From positions 1 through 43,692 of the forward strand of contig JBCCQY010000068.1 in assembly GCA_039208735.1 (NCBI GenBank): a stretch of 43,692 nt of DNA. Reading direction: 5' to 3'. A model generated the notes under the pieces. The model did not search any database, had not been told where the DNA came from, and saw only the letters and a list, made by a program, of their open reading frames with translations. Position numbers and translations under genes: made by a program. Positions 27,811-36,501 of the stretch are shown here, piece after piece; the stretch's first letter is position 1, and each line of letters opens with the position of its first letter. This stretch comes from Myxococcota bacterium (lineage in GTDB: Bacteria > Myxococcota_A > UBA796 > GCA-2862545).

Positions 27811-28568
27811 CAGTACCTCTGATGCAGTCCGCCATCGATGGGCACGATGACGCCGTTTAAGTAGTGGGCTTCCGTGGCCAAAAACCGCACGAGCTTGGCG
27901 ACCTCGTCGGGGGTGCCCACGCGCTGCATCGGAATCCGACGAGTAAGGCGTTTACGGGTTGCTTCGTCGTAGTGGTCGGGCCATGCGACTTGTCCGGGGC
28001 TCACGCCGCAGGTCCGCACGGCAGGGGCAAGTTCCACGGCCATCGCCTTGACGAGCATGGCGATGCCGGCTTTCGACACCGAGTAGTGGGCGTGCCGCGA
28101 CACCGGGCGTTCTGCGCCAATGTCGACCATGTGGACCACCACGCCGTGCTGCTCAGGCGGCGAGCCAAGCCATGTCCCGTCGGCGGCCTGCAACGCAGGC
28201 AACAGGCCTTGGGACAACAGGAATGGGGCGCGCAGGTTGATGTCTTGGACCTTCTGGTAGGCATCCAAACTGATCTCGGCGAACTCGGCCGACGGAAAGA
28301 CGCTCGCGTTGTTCACGAGCAGATGCAGCGCATCCCACCGCGCTGTGGTCTGGCTCACCACCTGTCGGCACCCCTCGACCGTCGCGAGATCGGCCTGGAT
28401 GAGCAAGACCTCCGCCCCGTGCCTTCGACAGACGTCTGCGGTGTGCTCCACCGCCTCATCTTGGCTTCGGTAGTGGATGGCGACATCGAACCCGGCGCGG
28501 GCCAGTTCGATGACGATGGCGGCGCCTACGCGTTTCGCGGCTCCGGTGACGAGGGCGCGCGGCCTCAT
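27810..28568 (-). CDS. Pteridine reductase (FolM/PTR1-like SDR)
   Basis: ALVTGAAKRVGAAI, IHYRS, LVNNASVF, HMVDI..ERP...YSVSKAG and ELAPAVR; adjacent to folB. Confidence 0.88.
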   Translation of the reverse strand: MRPRALVTGAAKRVGAAIVIELARAGFDVAIHYRSQDEAVEHTADVCRRHGAEVLLIQADLATVEGCRQVVSQTTARWDALHLLVNNASVFPSAEFAEISLDAYQKVQDINLRAPFLLSQGLLPALQAADGTWLGSPPEQHGVVVHMVDIGAERPVSRHAHYSVSKAGIAMLVKAMAVELAPAVRTCGVSPGQVAWPDHYDEATRKRLTRRIPMQRVGTPDEVAKLVRFLATEAHYLNGVIVPIDGGLHQRY

Positions 28569-29293
28569 GCCCCACCCTTGGTGTAGCGGCGCACGAGATA
28601 GACGCCGAGGTAGATGAGCGGGGTGTCGAGCCAAGCCAACACGATTTTGTGGAGGTAGATGGTGGCCATCACAGTGACTCCCTGCCAAAACTCCCATCCG
28701 AACCCGAGGTAGAAGAGGATGGAGTTCACCACAATGGTGTCGACGAGCTGGCTCACCATCGTCGAGCCATTGTTGCGAAGCCACAGGTATTTGCCGTCGG
28801 TGGCTCGCTTGATGGCGTGGAACACGTAGTTGTCGGTGAGCTGAGCACACAGGTAAGCCAGCATCGACCCGAACAGCAACACGCCATTGAGGGAAAAGAC
28901 GCTTTCGAAGGCGTGTTGATAGCCGGCGGCGTCGTCATAGAAGGCATTGACGCCGGGCACCCAAAACGGATGAGGCGGAACCCGCATGGCGAGCTGGGTC
29001 ACGGCGAGCATCACGATCGACATCACGAAGCCCACCAGCACCATGAAGTCGGCGCGCCGTTTGCCGTACACCTCGCTTACGATGTCGGTGATGAGGAAGG
29101 TGAGCGGGTAGGTCAGAATGCCGGTGGTGAGCGCCCACTCTGAGTTGAACGGGGAAGGGAACAGCTTGATGCCAATGATGTTGGTGAGCACCAACACCAC
29201 GGCGAAAGCTGCGGCCAGCAGCAGGTACAGGCGTTCAGGGAGTGGGTAGGGGAGGTCGTCGACTTCGAGGGTCGGCGAGCGTCGCGTCGTCAT
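28565..29293 (-). CDS. yhhQ: Queuosine precursor transporter (YhhQ/VUT, COG1738)
   Basis: GILTYPLTFLITDIVSEVYG, SMLAYLCAQLTD, LWLRNNGSTMVSQLVDT and LDTPLIY. Confidence 0.92.
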   Translation of the reverse strand: MTTRRSPTLEVDDLPYPLPERLYLLLAAAFAVVLVLTNIIGIKLFPSPFNSEWALTTGILTYPLTFLITDIVSEVYGKRRADFMVLVGFVMSIVMLAVTQLAMRVPPHPFWVPGVNAFYDDAAGYQHAFESVFSLNGVLLFGSMLAYLCAQLTDNYVFHAIKRATDGKYLWLRNNGSTMVSQLVDTIVVNSILFYLGFGWEFWQGVTVMATIYLHKIVLAWLDTPLIYLGVYLVRRYTKGGA

Positions 29294-30530
29294 GGGCGCT
29301 TCCGAGATAGGCGGTGGTGATCAGCAACCCGATCAAGCCACCGAATTTGAGCTCGCGGAACAGTCCCCCGAGCCAGGAAAGTCCAAACCGGTCGGCCTCA
29401 GCCATGCGCTTGAGGGCCTGCAGATCAAAGCAGAGGACGACGAAGGAGGCTGCGGCAAGCGCGGTGAGCGCCACGGGGAGTCGTCCGGTTGCGGCGGCCC
29501 ACGCCGAGACGGCCAGGGCGGGAATCGCAAAGACGAGATGATGTTCGTAGGTGAACACCGGCACGAGCAAGATCACCACCCCCACACACGCGATTTGAGC
29601 CGCGAGTCCATCGGGGGCCCCCACCGGGCGCCGAAAGGCGACGGCCACTGCAGCGAGCAACGCCAGGGCGGAGACCTGACTGGCCAGGCGCGCGGCTGGT
29701 CCCAACCCAAATCCCGGGTGGGGCAAGGCCGCATCCCAGAGGTTGGGCACCGAATGGTTGCCGAACAGGCCGATGGGAACGCGCAACCCGTTGTACGAGC
29801 CTGCGCCGAACGTGGGAAGCACCTCGGTGAAAAACCCGATTTGTACATCCCCAGCGACAACGGTCAAGGCAAGCAGCGACAAGCCAAGTCCCGTCGCACA
29901 GGCGGCAATCACGGCAGTCCATTCGCGACGAAGGATCCACCACATCACGAAGAGCGCGGGTGACATCTTGAGCATGCATGCTGCTCCCATCGCCACGCCG
30001 CCCCACGCCGGGCGTTGGCCCTGGGCCAAGGCGAGGCCTGCCAAAGCGAGTCCGAGCCCGGCGAAGTTGGCTTGGCCCATCGCGTGGTTGTTGGGGACGG
30101 CGGTCATGAGGGCGAATGCCAACGCGATGCAGACCCCGATGAGATCTCCACCCCAAGGCCTCCACCATCGCCAAAGGCCCCACGCGGTGAGCACGCCCAA
30201 GCCCGTGTGAAGCCAGAACCAAAGGTGAAACGCACGGGGCAGGTCGAACGCCTGGGTCCAGCTCATCATCAGCAGGAATGGAGGGGCGTACAAGTAGGGA
30301 TGCACGCTGTTGCGGATGCGGTCCTGGCGGGCTGCGGCCTGCAGCTGGCCGACGTCGTACGGGTTGCCGCCGCTGACCGCAACCTCGACGGCGTAGTGGT
30401 AGCTCGCGAAGTCGCGTCCGTGCCGGACATGGTGGGTTCGACTCCAACCCCCGGCCATCACGGCGAGCAGGTGCCAAGTGAACGCGAACGCGAACACAGC
30501 AAGGATCCAGGGACGGTCACGGGTCAGCAC
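29235..30530 (-). CDS. Glycosyltransferase family 87 (DUF2029, GT-C) membrane protein
   Basis: RDFASYHYA, NPYD, YLYAPPF, GQAN, LKMSP, NHS and YEHH; many TMs. Overlaps the yhhQ start by 59 bp. Confidence 0.85.
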   Translation of the reverse strand: MLTRDRPWILAVFAFAFTWHLLAVMAGGWSRTHHVRHGRDFASYHYAVEVAVSGGNPYDVGQLQAAARQDRIRNSVHPYLYAPPFLLMMSWTQAFDLPRAFHLWFWLHTGLGVLTAWGLWRWWRPWGGDLIGVCIALAFALMTAVPNNHAMGQANFAGLGLALAGLALAQGQRPAWGGVAMGAACMLKMSPALFVMWWILRREWTAVIAACATGLGLSLLALTVVAGDVQIGFFTEVLPTFGAGSYNGLRVPIGLFGNHSVPNLWDAALPHPGFGLGPAARLASQVSALALLAAVAVAFRRPVGAPDGLAAQIACVGVVILLVPVFTYEHHLVFAIPALAVSAWAAATGRLPVALTALAAASFVVLCFDLQALKRMAEADRFGLSWLGGLFRELKFGGLIGLLITTAYLGSAHDDATLADPRSRRPPLPTP

Positions 30531-30683
30531 GAAGGCCGGTTAACGTTTGGCGTGGCGCACCGGGGGCTTGACGGTCGGTCGTATCGCGAGGGGCCGGTAG
30601 GCCCCGATCATCAGGATCTTGCGGTTCACAAGTCTCGAATCGACCTGACCACCAAGAATTTCCTAAACACCATCCCCCGTCGA

Positions 30684-30698
30684 CCGATGGACCATCGG
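30684..30698. promoter_or_regulatory. Perfect 7-1-7 palindrome in a 600-bp divergent intergenic region
   Basis: CCGATGG-A-CCATCGG. Confidence 0.4.
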
Positions 30699-31103
30699 GA
30701 GATGCGATTGCTCGGTGGGAAACCGGGGGCGACGCACCACGAGCTTTGGTCGAGTCGGGAATGCGGTGGGGGCCGCACCTCGTCGAGGTTTGGGCCCGTC
30801 TGCAGCGCCTTCACTCCCGGTCGCCACATCGAGGACCATTTCTTGCCCGAGGGGCGCTGGGCGGTCGTGCGGACTTGCTCTCCACCGTCTTGGCCGCCCA
30901 GCGCCTAGGGTCTGAACCGCTCATCGGAGCGCCACGCGACAACGATCACTCGCGGACGGCGGGCGTCCTGAAGCCGGCCGTAACGCGGGTTTCCGCTTCA
31001 GCGCAGGGTCGTCAAGTTCATTTTGACTCTTGTTCATTGGCAAGGGTCGAATTGAGTTTTGGAAATTGGTGCCCAAACCCGGATTCGAAAGACTTATGAG
31101 GTC

Positions 31104-31123
31104 GGTGCGTCGGGTGACGCACC
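31104..31123 (+). promoter_or_regulatory. 8-bp hairpin just before the fasciclin RBS
   Basis: GGTGCGTC-GGGT-GACGCACC, followed by the GGAGG RBS. Confidence 0.45.
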
Positions 31124-31139
31124 CTGATGGAGGTTTCTC

Positions 31140-31733
31140 ATGAGCCGTTTCCTGTCGCTCGCTCTTGCGGGCTTGATTGTTCCGGTCTCGACTGCGTTTG
31201 CTGCTCCCGAAGACATGGCTGAGAAGGCTGACGAGATGGCCGAGAAGGCCGAAGGCGAGATGGCCGAAGGCGAGATGGCCGAAGGCGAGATGGCCGAAGG
31301 CGAAGAAGCTGCGGAAGAGATGGTCGAAGAAGTCAAGACGAACACGATCGTGGACGTCGCGGCTGGCAACGACAGCTTCTCGACCCTCGTGAAGGCCGTT
31401 CAGGCCGCGGGCCTTGTCGACGTCCTCTCGGGCGAAGGTCCCTTCACCGTCTTCGCGCCCACCAACGAGGCGTTCGCTGAGGTCGACGACCTCGATGCCA
31501 TCCTGGCTGACAAGGAAAAGTTGGCCGGCATCCTCAAGTACCACGTCATCTCCGGCAAGGTGATGTCGAAGGACGTGGCTTCGGGCAAGGTCGCGACGGT
31601 CCAGGGCGACGACGTCAAGATCAAGGTCAAGGGCAACGGTAGCGTCAAGGTCGGCAAGGCCAACGTGACCGCGACCGACGTGGCTGCCGATAACGGCGTC
31701 ATCCACGTCATCGACCGCGTCATCATGCCCTGA
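31140..31733 (+). CDS. Secreted fasciclin (FAS1) domain protein
   Basis: Signal peptide; [56 protein letters not shown]. Confidence 0.96.
   Translation: MSRFLSLALAGLIVPVSTAFAAPEDMAEKADEMAEKAEGEMAEGEMAEGEMAEGEEAAEEMVEEVKTNTIVDVAAGNDSFSTLVKAVQAAGLVDVLSGEGPFTVFAPTNEAFAEVDDLDAILADKEKLAGILKYHVISGKVMSKDVASGKVATVQGDDVKIKVKGNGSVKVGKANVTATDVAADNGVIHVIDRVIMP
31247..31303 (+). repeat. 15-bp coding tandem repeat (AEGEM pentapeptide)
   Basis: GGCCGAAGGCGAGAT x3 plus a partial fourth copy. Confidence 0.9.
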
Positions 31734-31759
31734 TCAGGTTTTTGCCTGAACACCCTAGG

Positions 31760-31792
31760 ACAGTCGGCACCCCTGGTGTCGGCTGTTCTTCG
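31760..31792 (+). terminator. Probable intrinsic terminator after the fasciclin gene
   Basis: ACAGTCGGCACC-CCT-GGTGTCGGCTGT stem (G-U pairs) followed by TCTT; a second hairpin TCAGG/CCTGA at about 31734-31749. Confidence 0.55.
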
Positions 31793-31878
31793 TTGTGGGG
31801 AAGGTGTTGGCCTGGAGGGGGGAACGAAAGTATGGCGACGACGAGGTGGAAATGGGATTCACCTCTCTGGAGACGACC

Positions 31879-34482
31879 GTGAAATCGGAAGCGATCCGCA
31901 AGGCGTTCCTCGACTTCTTTGCGGAAAAGGGCCACGAGGTGGTGCCAAGTGCACCCTTGATTCCCCAGCACGATCCGACGCTGTACTTCGTCAACGCCGG
32001 CATGGTGCCCTTCAAGGACTACTTCACCGGAGCCGCCAAGGCCCCGTACGCCCGAGCTACGTCGTCCCAGCTGTGCATGCGGGTGTCGGGGAAGCACAAC
32101 GATCTCGACAACGTCGGTCGCACCCCCCGCCACCACACGCTCTTCGAGATGCTGGGGAACTTCAGTTTCGGCGACTACTTTAAGGCCGATGCCATTCCCT
32201 TCGCCTGGGAACTCCTCACGGAACGCTTGGGCATCGATGGTGACCGGCTTTGGGTCACCGTCTACGTCGACGATGACGAGGCGTTCGAGATCTGGCGCGA
32301 CGGTGTCGGGGTGCCGGAAGCCCGCATTCAGCGCCTTACGGATGACAACTTCTGGTCCATGGGAGCCTTGGGTCCCTGCGGTCCCAGCTCGGAGATCTTC
32401 TTCGACCACGGCAAGGCCATCGACGACAACGACGGCGGACCGGCTACCGAGAGCGATCGCTACGTGGAGATCTGGAACCTGGTCTTCATGCAGTTCGAAC
32501 AGGTCGACGAGGCCACCCGAATCGACCTTCCCAAGCCCAGCATCGACACGGGTTCGGGTCTGGAACGCGTCGCCGCGGTGTTGCAGGGCAAGTACTGGAA
32601 CTACGACACCGACCTCTTCACGCCGCTCATCGCGAAGGGCGAAGCGCTGGCCAAGGTGGCGTACGGCGCAAACCCCGAGACCGACGTGGCATTGCGCGTT
32701 ATCGCCGACCATGCGCGAATGGCGACGTTCTTGGCCAGCAACGGGGTGGTGCCCGGGAACGCGAAGCGGGAGTACGTGATGCGCCGGGTGCTGCGTCGCG
32801 GGGTTCGCTTTGGCTACAAGCTCGGCCTCGAAGCGCCGTTCCTTCACGAGGTTTGCTCCGAGGTCATCGAGCGCATGGCGGGGGCGTACCCCGAACTGGC
32901 GCAGCGCGCGGACGTGATCAGGAACGTGGTCCACCGGGAAGAAGAGACGTTCTTCCGAACCCTTTCGAACGGCATCCGGTTGCTGGATGGCGAGCTGAAG
33001 GGGGCGGCGCAGATTTCGGGTAAAACGGCGTTTACCCTCTACGCGACCCACGGCTTCCCGCTCGATCTCACCGAGCAAATCGCAGCCGAGCACTTGCTCA
33101 CGGTCGACATCGATGCGTACAACCGCGAACTCGAACTGCACAAGCTGGCGAGCCAAGGGGCGGGCGAGGGTTGGGCGGATGCGGCCCTCGATCAAGTCTG
33201 GCACGACATTCACGACGCCAAGGGCTCCACGACCTTCACCGGACACACCGAGACGTCGGGCACAGGTGAGGTGGTGGCCTTGGTGCGCAGCGATGAGGAC
33301 GGCACCCGTCAAGTCGAACAGCTCAATCCGGGCGAGACCGGCATCGTCGTGCTCAACGAGACCCCGTTTTACGCGGAAGGCGGGGGCCAGGTCGGCGATG
33401 CGGGCACCCTGTCGAGCTTCGAGGTCACGGACACGACCAAGGCCGCGGAGTTGCATTTGCACCACGGCACCGCCACGTCGCGCATTCAGGTGGGCGACGA
33501 AGTGGGCGCTGAGGTCGATGTGGCGCGGCGCAATCGCACCCAGCGCAACCACACAGGTACCCACTTGCTCCACGCGGCCCTTCGCGCAGTTCTGGGCGAG
33601 CACGTGACCCAGAAGGGCTCGCTCGTGGCCCCAGACCGCCTTCGTTTTGACTTCACCCATCCTGCTCCGATGACGGATGAGGAAAGGGAACGCGTCGAGC
33701 GGCTTGTCAATGAAGAAATCCTCGCCAACAAGCCCTTGGGGACGTCCCTTGAAGACCTCGAACAGGCCAAGGCCCAAGGCGCCATGGCGTTGTTCGGAGA
33801 GAAGTACGCCGACCGGGTGCGCGTGGTGACAGTGCCCGGTTTTTCGGTGGAGTTGTGCGGCGGCACGCACTGCACGAGAACGGGCGACATCGGCTTGTTC
33901 ACGCTGGTGAGTGAATCCGGGGTGGCCGGGGGGGTTCGCCGCATCGAAGCGCAGACGGGAACGGGCGCGTTGCGCGTGATCTCGCAGGATCGACAACGCC
34001 TTCAAGAGACCGCGCAGGCGCTCAAGACGGATCCCACGCAGGTCGCGGACGCCGTGGTGCGTCTGCAGCAGGAGCGCAAGACCCTCGAGCGACGGATTGC
34101 CGAGATGGAGCGCGAAGCGGCCAAGGCGGCCGCTGGCGACCTCATCGGGCAAGCCCGCGAAGTCGGTCCGCTCAAGGTGCTCGCGGCCCAGTTCGACGGC
34201 GACCTTGGCGAACAGGCCGACCGCCTTCGGGACCAGCTTGGCTCCTCGCTCGTGGTGCTCTTCGCGGCGGACGGTGACAAGGTGAAGCTCGTTTCGGCGG
34301 CCACCAAGGATGTAGCGGGCAAGACCATTCACGCGGGCAAGGTGCTGCAAGAGGTCGCTCCGCTCGTGGGGGGCCGCGGCGGTGGTCGTCCCGACCTCGC
34401 CCGTGGGGGGGGGACCGACCCGAGCGGCATTTCGGCGGCGATCGAGCGCGTCTATGCCTTCGTCGAGGAGCAGCTCTCGTAA
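31879..34482 (+). CDS. alaS: Alanine--tRNA ligase
   Basis: IRKAFLDFF, FVNAGMVPFK, RHHTLFEMLGNFSFGDYFK, EIWNLVFMQ, IDTGSGLER, editing HTGTH and ELCGGTH, C-terminal GGRGGGRPDLA; GTG after GGAGA. Confidence 0.98.
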   Translation: MKSEAIRKAFLDFFAEKGHEVVPSAPLIPQHDPTLYFVNAGMVPFKDYFTGAAKAPYARATSSQLCMRVSGKHNDLDNVGRTPRHHTLFEMLGNFSFGDYFKADAIPFAWELLTERLGIDGDRLWVTVYVDDDEAFEIWRDGVGVPEARIQRLTDDNFWSMGALGPCGPSSEIFFDHGKAIDDNDGGPATESDRYVEIWNLVFMQFEQVDEATRIDLPKPSIDTGSGLERVAAVLQGKYWNYDTDLFTPLIAKGEALAKVAYGANPETDVALRVIADHARMATFLASNGVVPGNAKREYVMRRVLRRGVRFGYKLGLEAPFLHEVCSEVIERMAGAYPELAQRADVIRNVVHREEETFFRTLSNGIRLLDGELKGAAQISGKTAFTLYATHGFPLDLTEQIAAEHLLTVDIDAYNRELELHKLASQGAGEGWADAALDQVWHDIHDAKGSTTFTGHTETSGTGEVVALVRSDEDGTRQVEQLNPGETGIVVLNETPFYAEGGGQVGDAGTLSSFEVTDTTKAAELHLHHGTATSRIQVGDEVGAEVDVARRNRTQRNHTGTHLLHAALRAVLGEHVTQKGSLVAPDRLRFDFTHPAPMTDEERERVERLVNEEILANKPLGTSLEDLEQAKAQGAMALFGEKYADRVRVVTVPGFSVELCGGTHCTRTGDIGLFTLVSESGVAGGVRRIEAQTGTGALRVISQDRQRLQETAQALKTDPTQVADAVVRLQQERKTLERRIAEMEREAAKAAAGDLIGQAREVGPLKVLAAQFDGDLGEQADRLRDQLGSSLVVLFAADGDKVKLVSAATKDVAGKTIHAGKVLQEVAPLVGGRGGGRPDLARGGGTDPSGISAAIERVYAFVEEQLS

Positions 34483-34536
34483 TCACGGCGATCCCCCTTG
34501 TTACCGCAGGTCGTCACCCAACAGGGGAGTTGTTCC

Positions 34537-35304
34537 GTGCAACTGAACGAAGTGAAGGCGATTGTTACCGGCGGGGCGAGCGGCATGGGTCGCGTATTCA
34601 CGCTGGAGCTCGCGCGTGCCGGCGCTCAGGTCACCGTTGGCGATCTCGACGATGGGGCCATGCAATCGGTGATCGACGAGTCGGCGAGCCTGCCCGGCCA
34701 AGTCCACAAGATGACCTGCAACGTGGCTGACGAAGGGCAGGTCATCGCGATGGTCAACGGCGCCTATGAAGCGATGGGCGGCCTGAACACCTTGGTCAAC
34801 AACGCTGGCATCTTCCGCGACGGTCTGCTCGTCAAGAAAGACAAGGAGACCGGCGCCGTCAAAAAGATGAGCCTCGACAAGTGGAACGCGGTCATTGCCG
34901 TCGACCTGACGGGTCCGTTCCTCTGTACGCGGGAGTTTGCCGAAAAGATGATCACCACCGACACAAAGTCGTCGGTGATCGTCAACATTAGCTCGGTGGC
35001 GCGCCACGGAAACCCCGGGCAGAGCAACTACTCGGCGGCCAAGGCCGGCTTGGTCGCCGACACCAAGTTGTGGGGTCAGGAACTTGCTCGCTACGGCGTT
35101 CGCGTGGGCGCGATTGCCCCGGGCTTTGTCGATACGCCGATCCTGCAGGGGATGCGTCCCGAAGTGCTCGAGAACATGCTGAAGGCCGTGCCGTTGCGCC
35201 GCGCTGGTCAGCCCGAAGAGATCTACCAAGCCGTGCGCTTCATCATCGAATGCGACTACTTCACCGGCCGTTGCATCGACATCGACGGTGGCCTGTCGAT
35301 GTGA
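34537..35304 (+). CDS. 3-oxoacyl-ACP reductase-like SDR (FabG-like)
   Basis: TGGASGMG, NNAGIFRDGLLVK, NISS and YSAAKAG. Confidence 0.92.
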   Translation: MQLNEVKAIVTGGASGMGRVFTLELARAGAQVTVGDLDDGAMQSVIDESASLPGQVHKMTCNVADEGQVIAMVNGAYEAMGGLNTLVNNAGIFRDGLLVKKDKETGAVKKMSLDKWNAVIAVDLTGPFLCTREFAEKMITTDTKSSVIVNISSVARHGNPGQSNYSAAKAGLVADTKLWGQELARYGVRVGAIAPGFVDTPILQGMRPEVLENMLKAVPLRRAGQPEEIYQAVRFIIECDYFTGRCIDIDGGLSM

Positions 35305-35367
35305 CAGGGCTTGTCGAAGCTGTCGTAGGTGCGTAGCTTCGGCCAAGCCGCCTGGTTTGGAGGAGGA

Positions 35368-35631
35368 GTGGCCGACTCTGCCGATGCTGTCCCATCCGTG
35401 AGCTTCTCGTCGTTCGTGGTGTCGCTTGCGACCTCGGCGATGAATCACCTTGGCGAAGGCCCTGGAGCGAAGCTCGATATGCCGATGGCACGGCACACCG
35501 TCGACCTCTTGGGTCTCCTCATGGAGAAAACCAAGGGAAATCTAGACGATGACGAACAAAAACTCCTCGAGACCGTGCTGTACGACGTTCGCATGAAGTT
35601 TCTCGAGAGGTCGGGCGAGGCTCCGACGTAG
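35368..35631 (+). CDS. DUF1844 family protein
   Basis: SFSSFVVSLATSAMNHLG...ARHTVDLLGLLMEKTKGNLDDDE..LL...LYDVRMKF; GGAGGA RBS. Confidence 0.88.
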   Translation: MADSADAVPSVSFSSFVVSLATSAMNHLGEGPGAKLDMPMARHTVDLLGLLMEKTKGNLDDDEQKLLETVLYDVRMKFLERSGEAPT

Positions 35632-35663
35632 CTTGCGTCTGGAAATCGCGATACCCGCAGGCG

Positions 35664-36467
35664 ATGTTCGCAGCTCTGGCATTGTGGATGACCGTGAGTG
35701 CGCCTGCATGGGCTCAATCTGAGCCCACTGCAGACGAACTCGTCGATCTTGGAATGAAGCAGCTCAAGCGAGGGAACTACACAAAAGCCCTCGCCACGCT
35801 GCAACGGGTCCGCAACTACTACCGTGACGACAAGGCCTCGATACGCGCCCAGCTCGTCATTGCGGACCTGCACTTCAAGAAGCGTGACTTCGAGCAGGCG
35901 CGGTTCGCCTACGAAGAGTTTCGCGACCTTCATCCCAACCATCCCCAGATCGACTACGTCACCTGGCGCATTGGGCAGTCGGTCTACAAGCGGGCGTCTA
36001 AATTCGCCGGTCGCGACCAGGGCGCAACGCGTTCTGCGGTGACCGTGTGGTCCGGGTTTGATCGGCGCTTTCCTGACTCCGAATACATCGACGATGTCGA
36101 GAAGCTGCTCGGCAAGGGCCGGGCCAGGCTCGCCAACAAAGAATTGTATGTGGCGAAGTTCTACCTGCGTCGTGGAGCCTATGCGAGTGTTCGTGGCCGC
36201 GCCGAGGGCCTCGTGCGTCGCTATGGCGATACCGAAGCTGCGGTCGAGGGCTACGCGCTGTTGGGCATGGCGCTTCATGCGACGGGCGAGGTCGATTCGG
36301 CGAGGGCGGTCCGCGACAAGCTCGCCGAGCGTGCACCCAAGAGCAAGGAACTCGAGCAGCTGGACCGGGCGCTGCAAAAGCCCGCGGGGACTCCGCCCGA
36401 GAAGACTGTCTTTGTCCGGCCCTACCGCACTCGTGGTGGTGGGGGACAGCCGGGCGCACCACAGTAA
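35664..36467 (+). CDS. bamD: Outer membrane protein assembly factor BamD-like TPR protein
   Basis: AQLVIADLHF...YEEFRDLHPNHPQIDYV, RDQGATRSA, RFPDSEY, LANKELYVAKFYLRRG.Y. Confidence 0.88.
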   Translation: MFAALALWMTVSAPAWAQSEPTADELVDLGMKQLKRGNYTKALATLQRVRNYYRDDKASIRAQLVIADLHFKKRDFEQARFAYEEFRDLHPNHPQIDYVTWRIGQSVYKRASKFAGRDQGATRSAVTVWSGFDRRFPDSEYIDDVEKLLGKGRARLANKELYVAKFYLRRGAYASVRGRAEGLVRRYGDTEAAVEGYALLGMALHATGEVDSARAVRDKLAERAPKSKELEQLDRALQKPAGTPPEKTVFVRPYRTRGGGGQPGAPQ

Positions 36468-36501
36468 CGTCGACTTGTGCAGTGGATTCGATGGAGGAGC
36501 G

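Noticed and set aside
30746..31099. 117-aa ORF in the large intergenic gap
   Set aside because: No RBS, weak GC3 bias in its 3' half, no motif; not supportable as a CDS.
31723..34350. 875-aa antisense ORF
   Set aside because: Shadow of alaS; strong GC3 bias removes antisense stops; no motifs.
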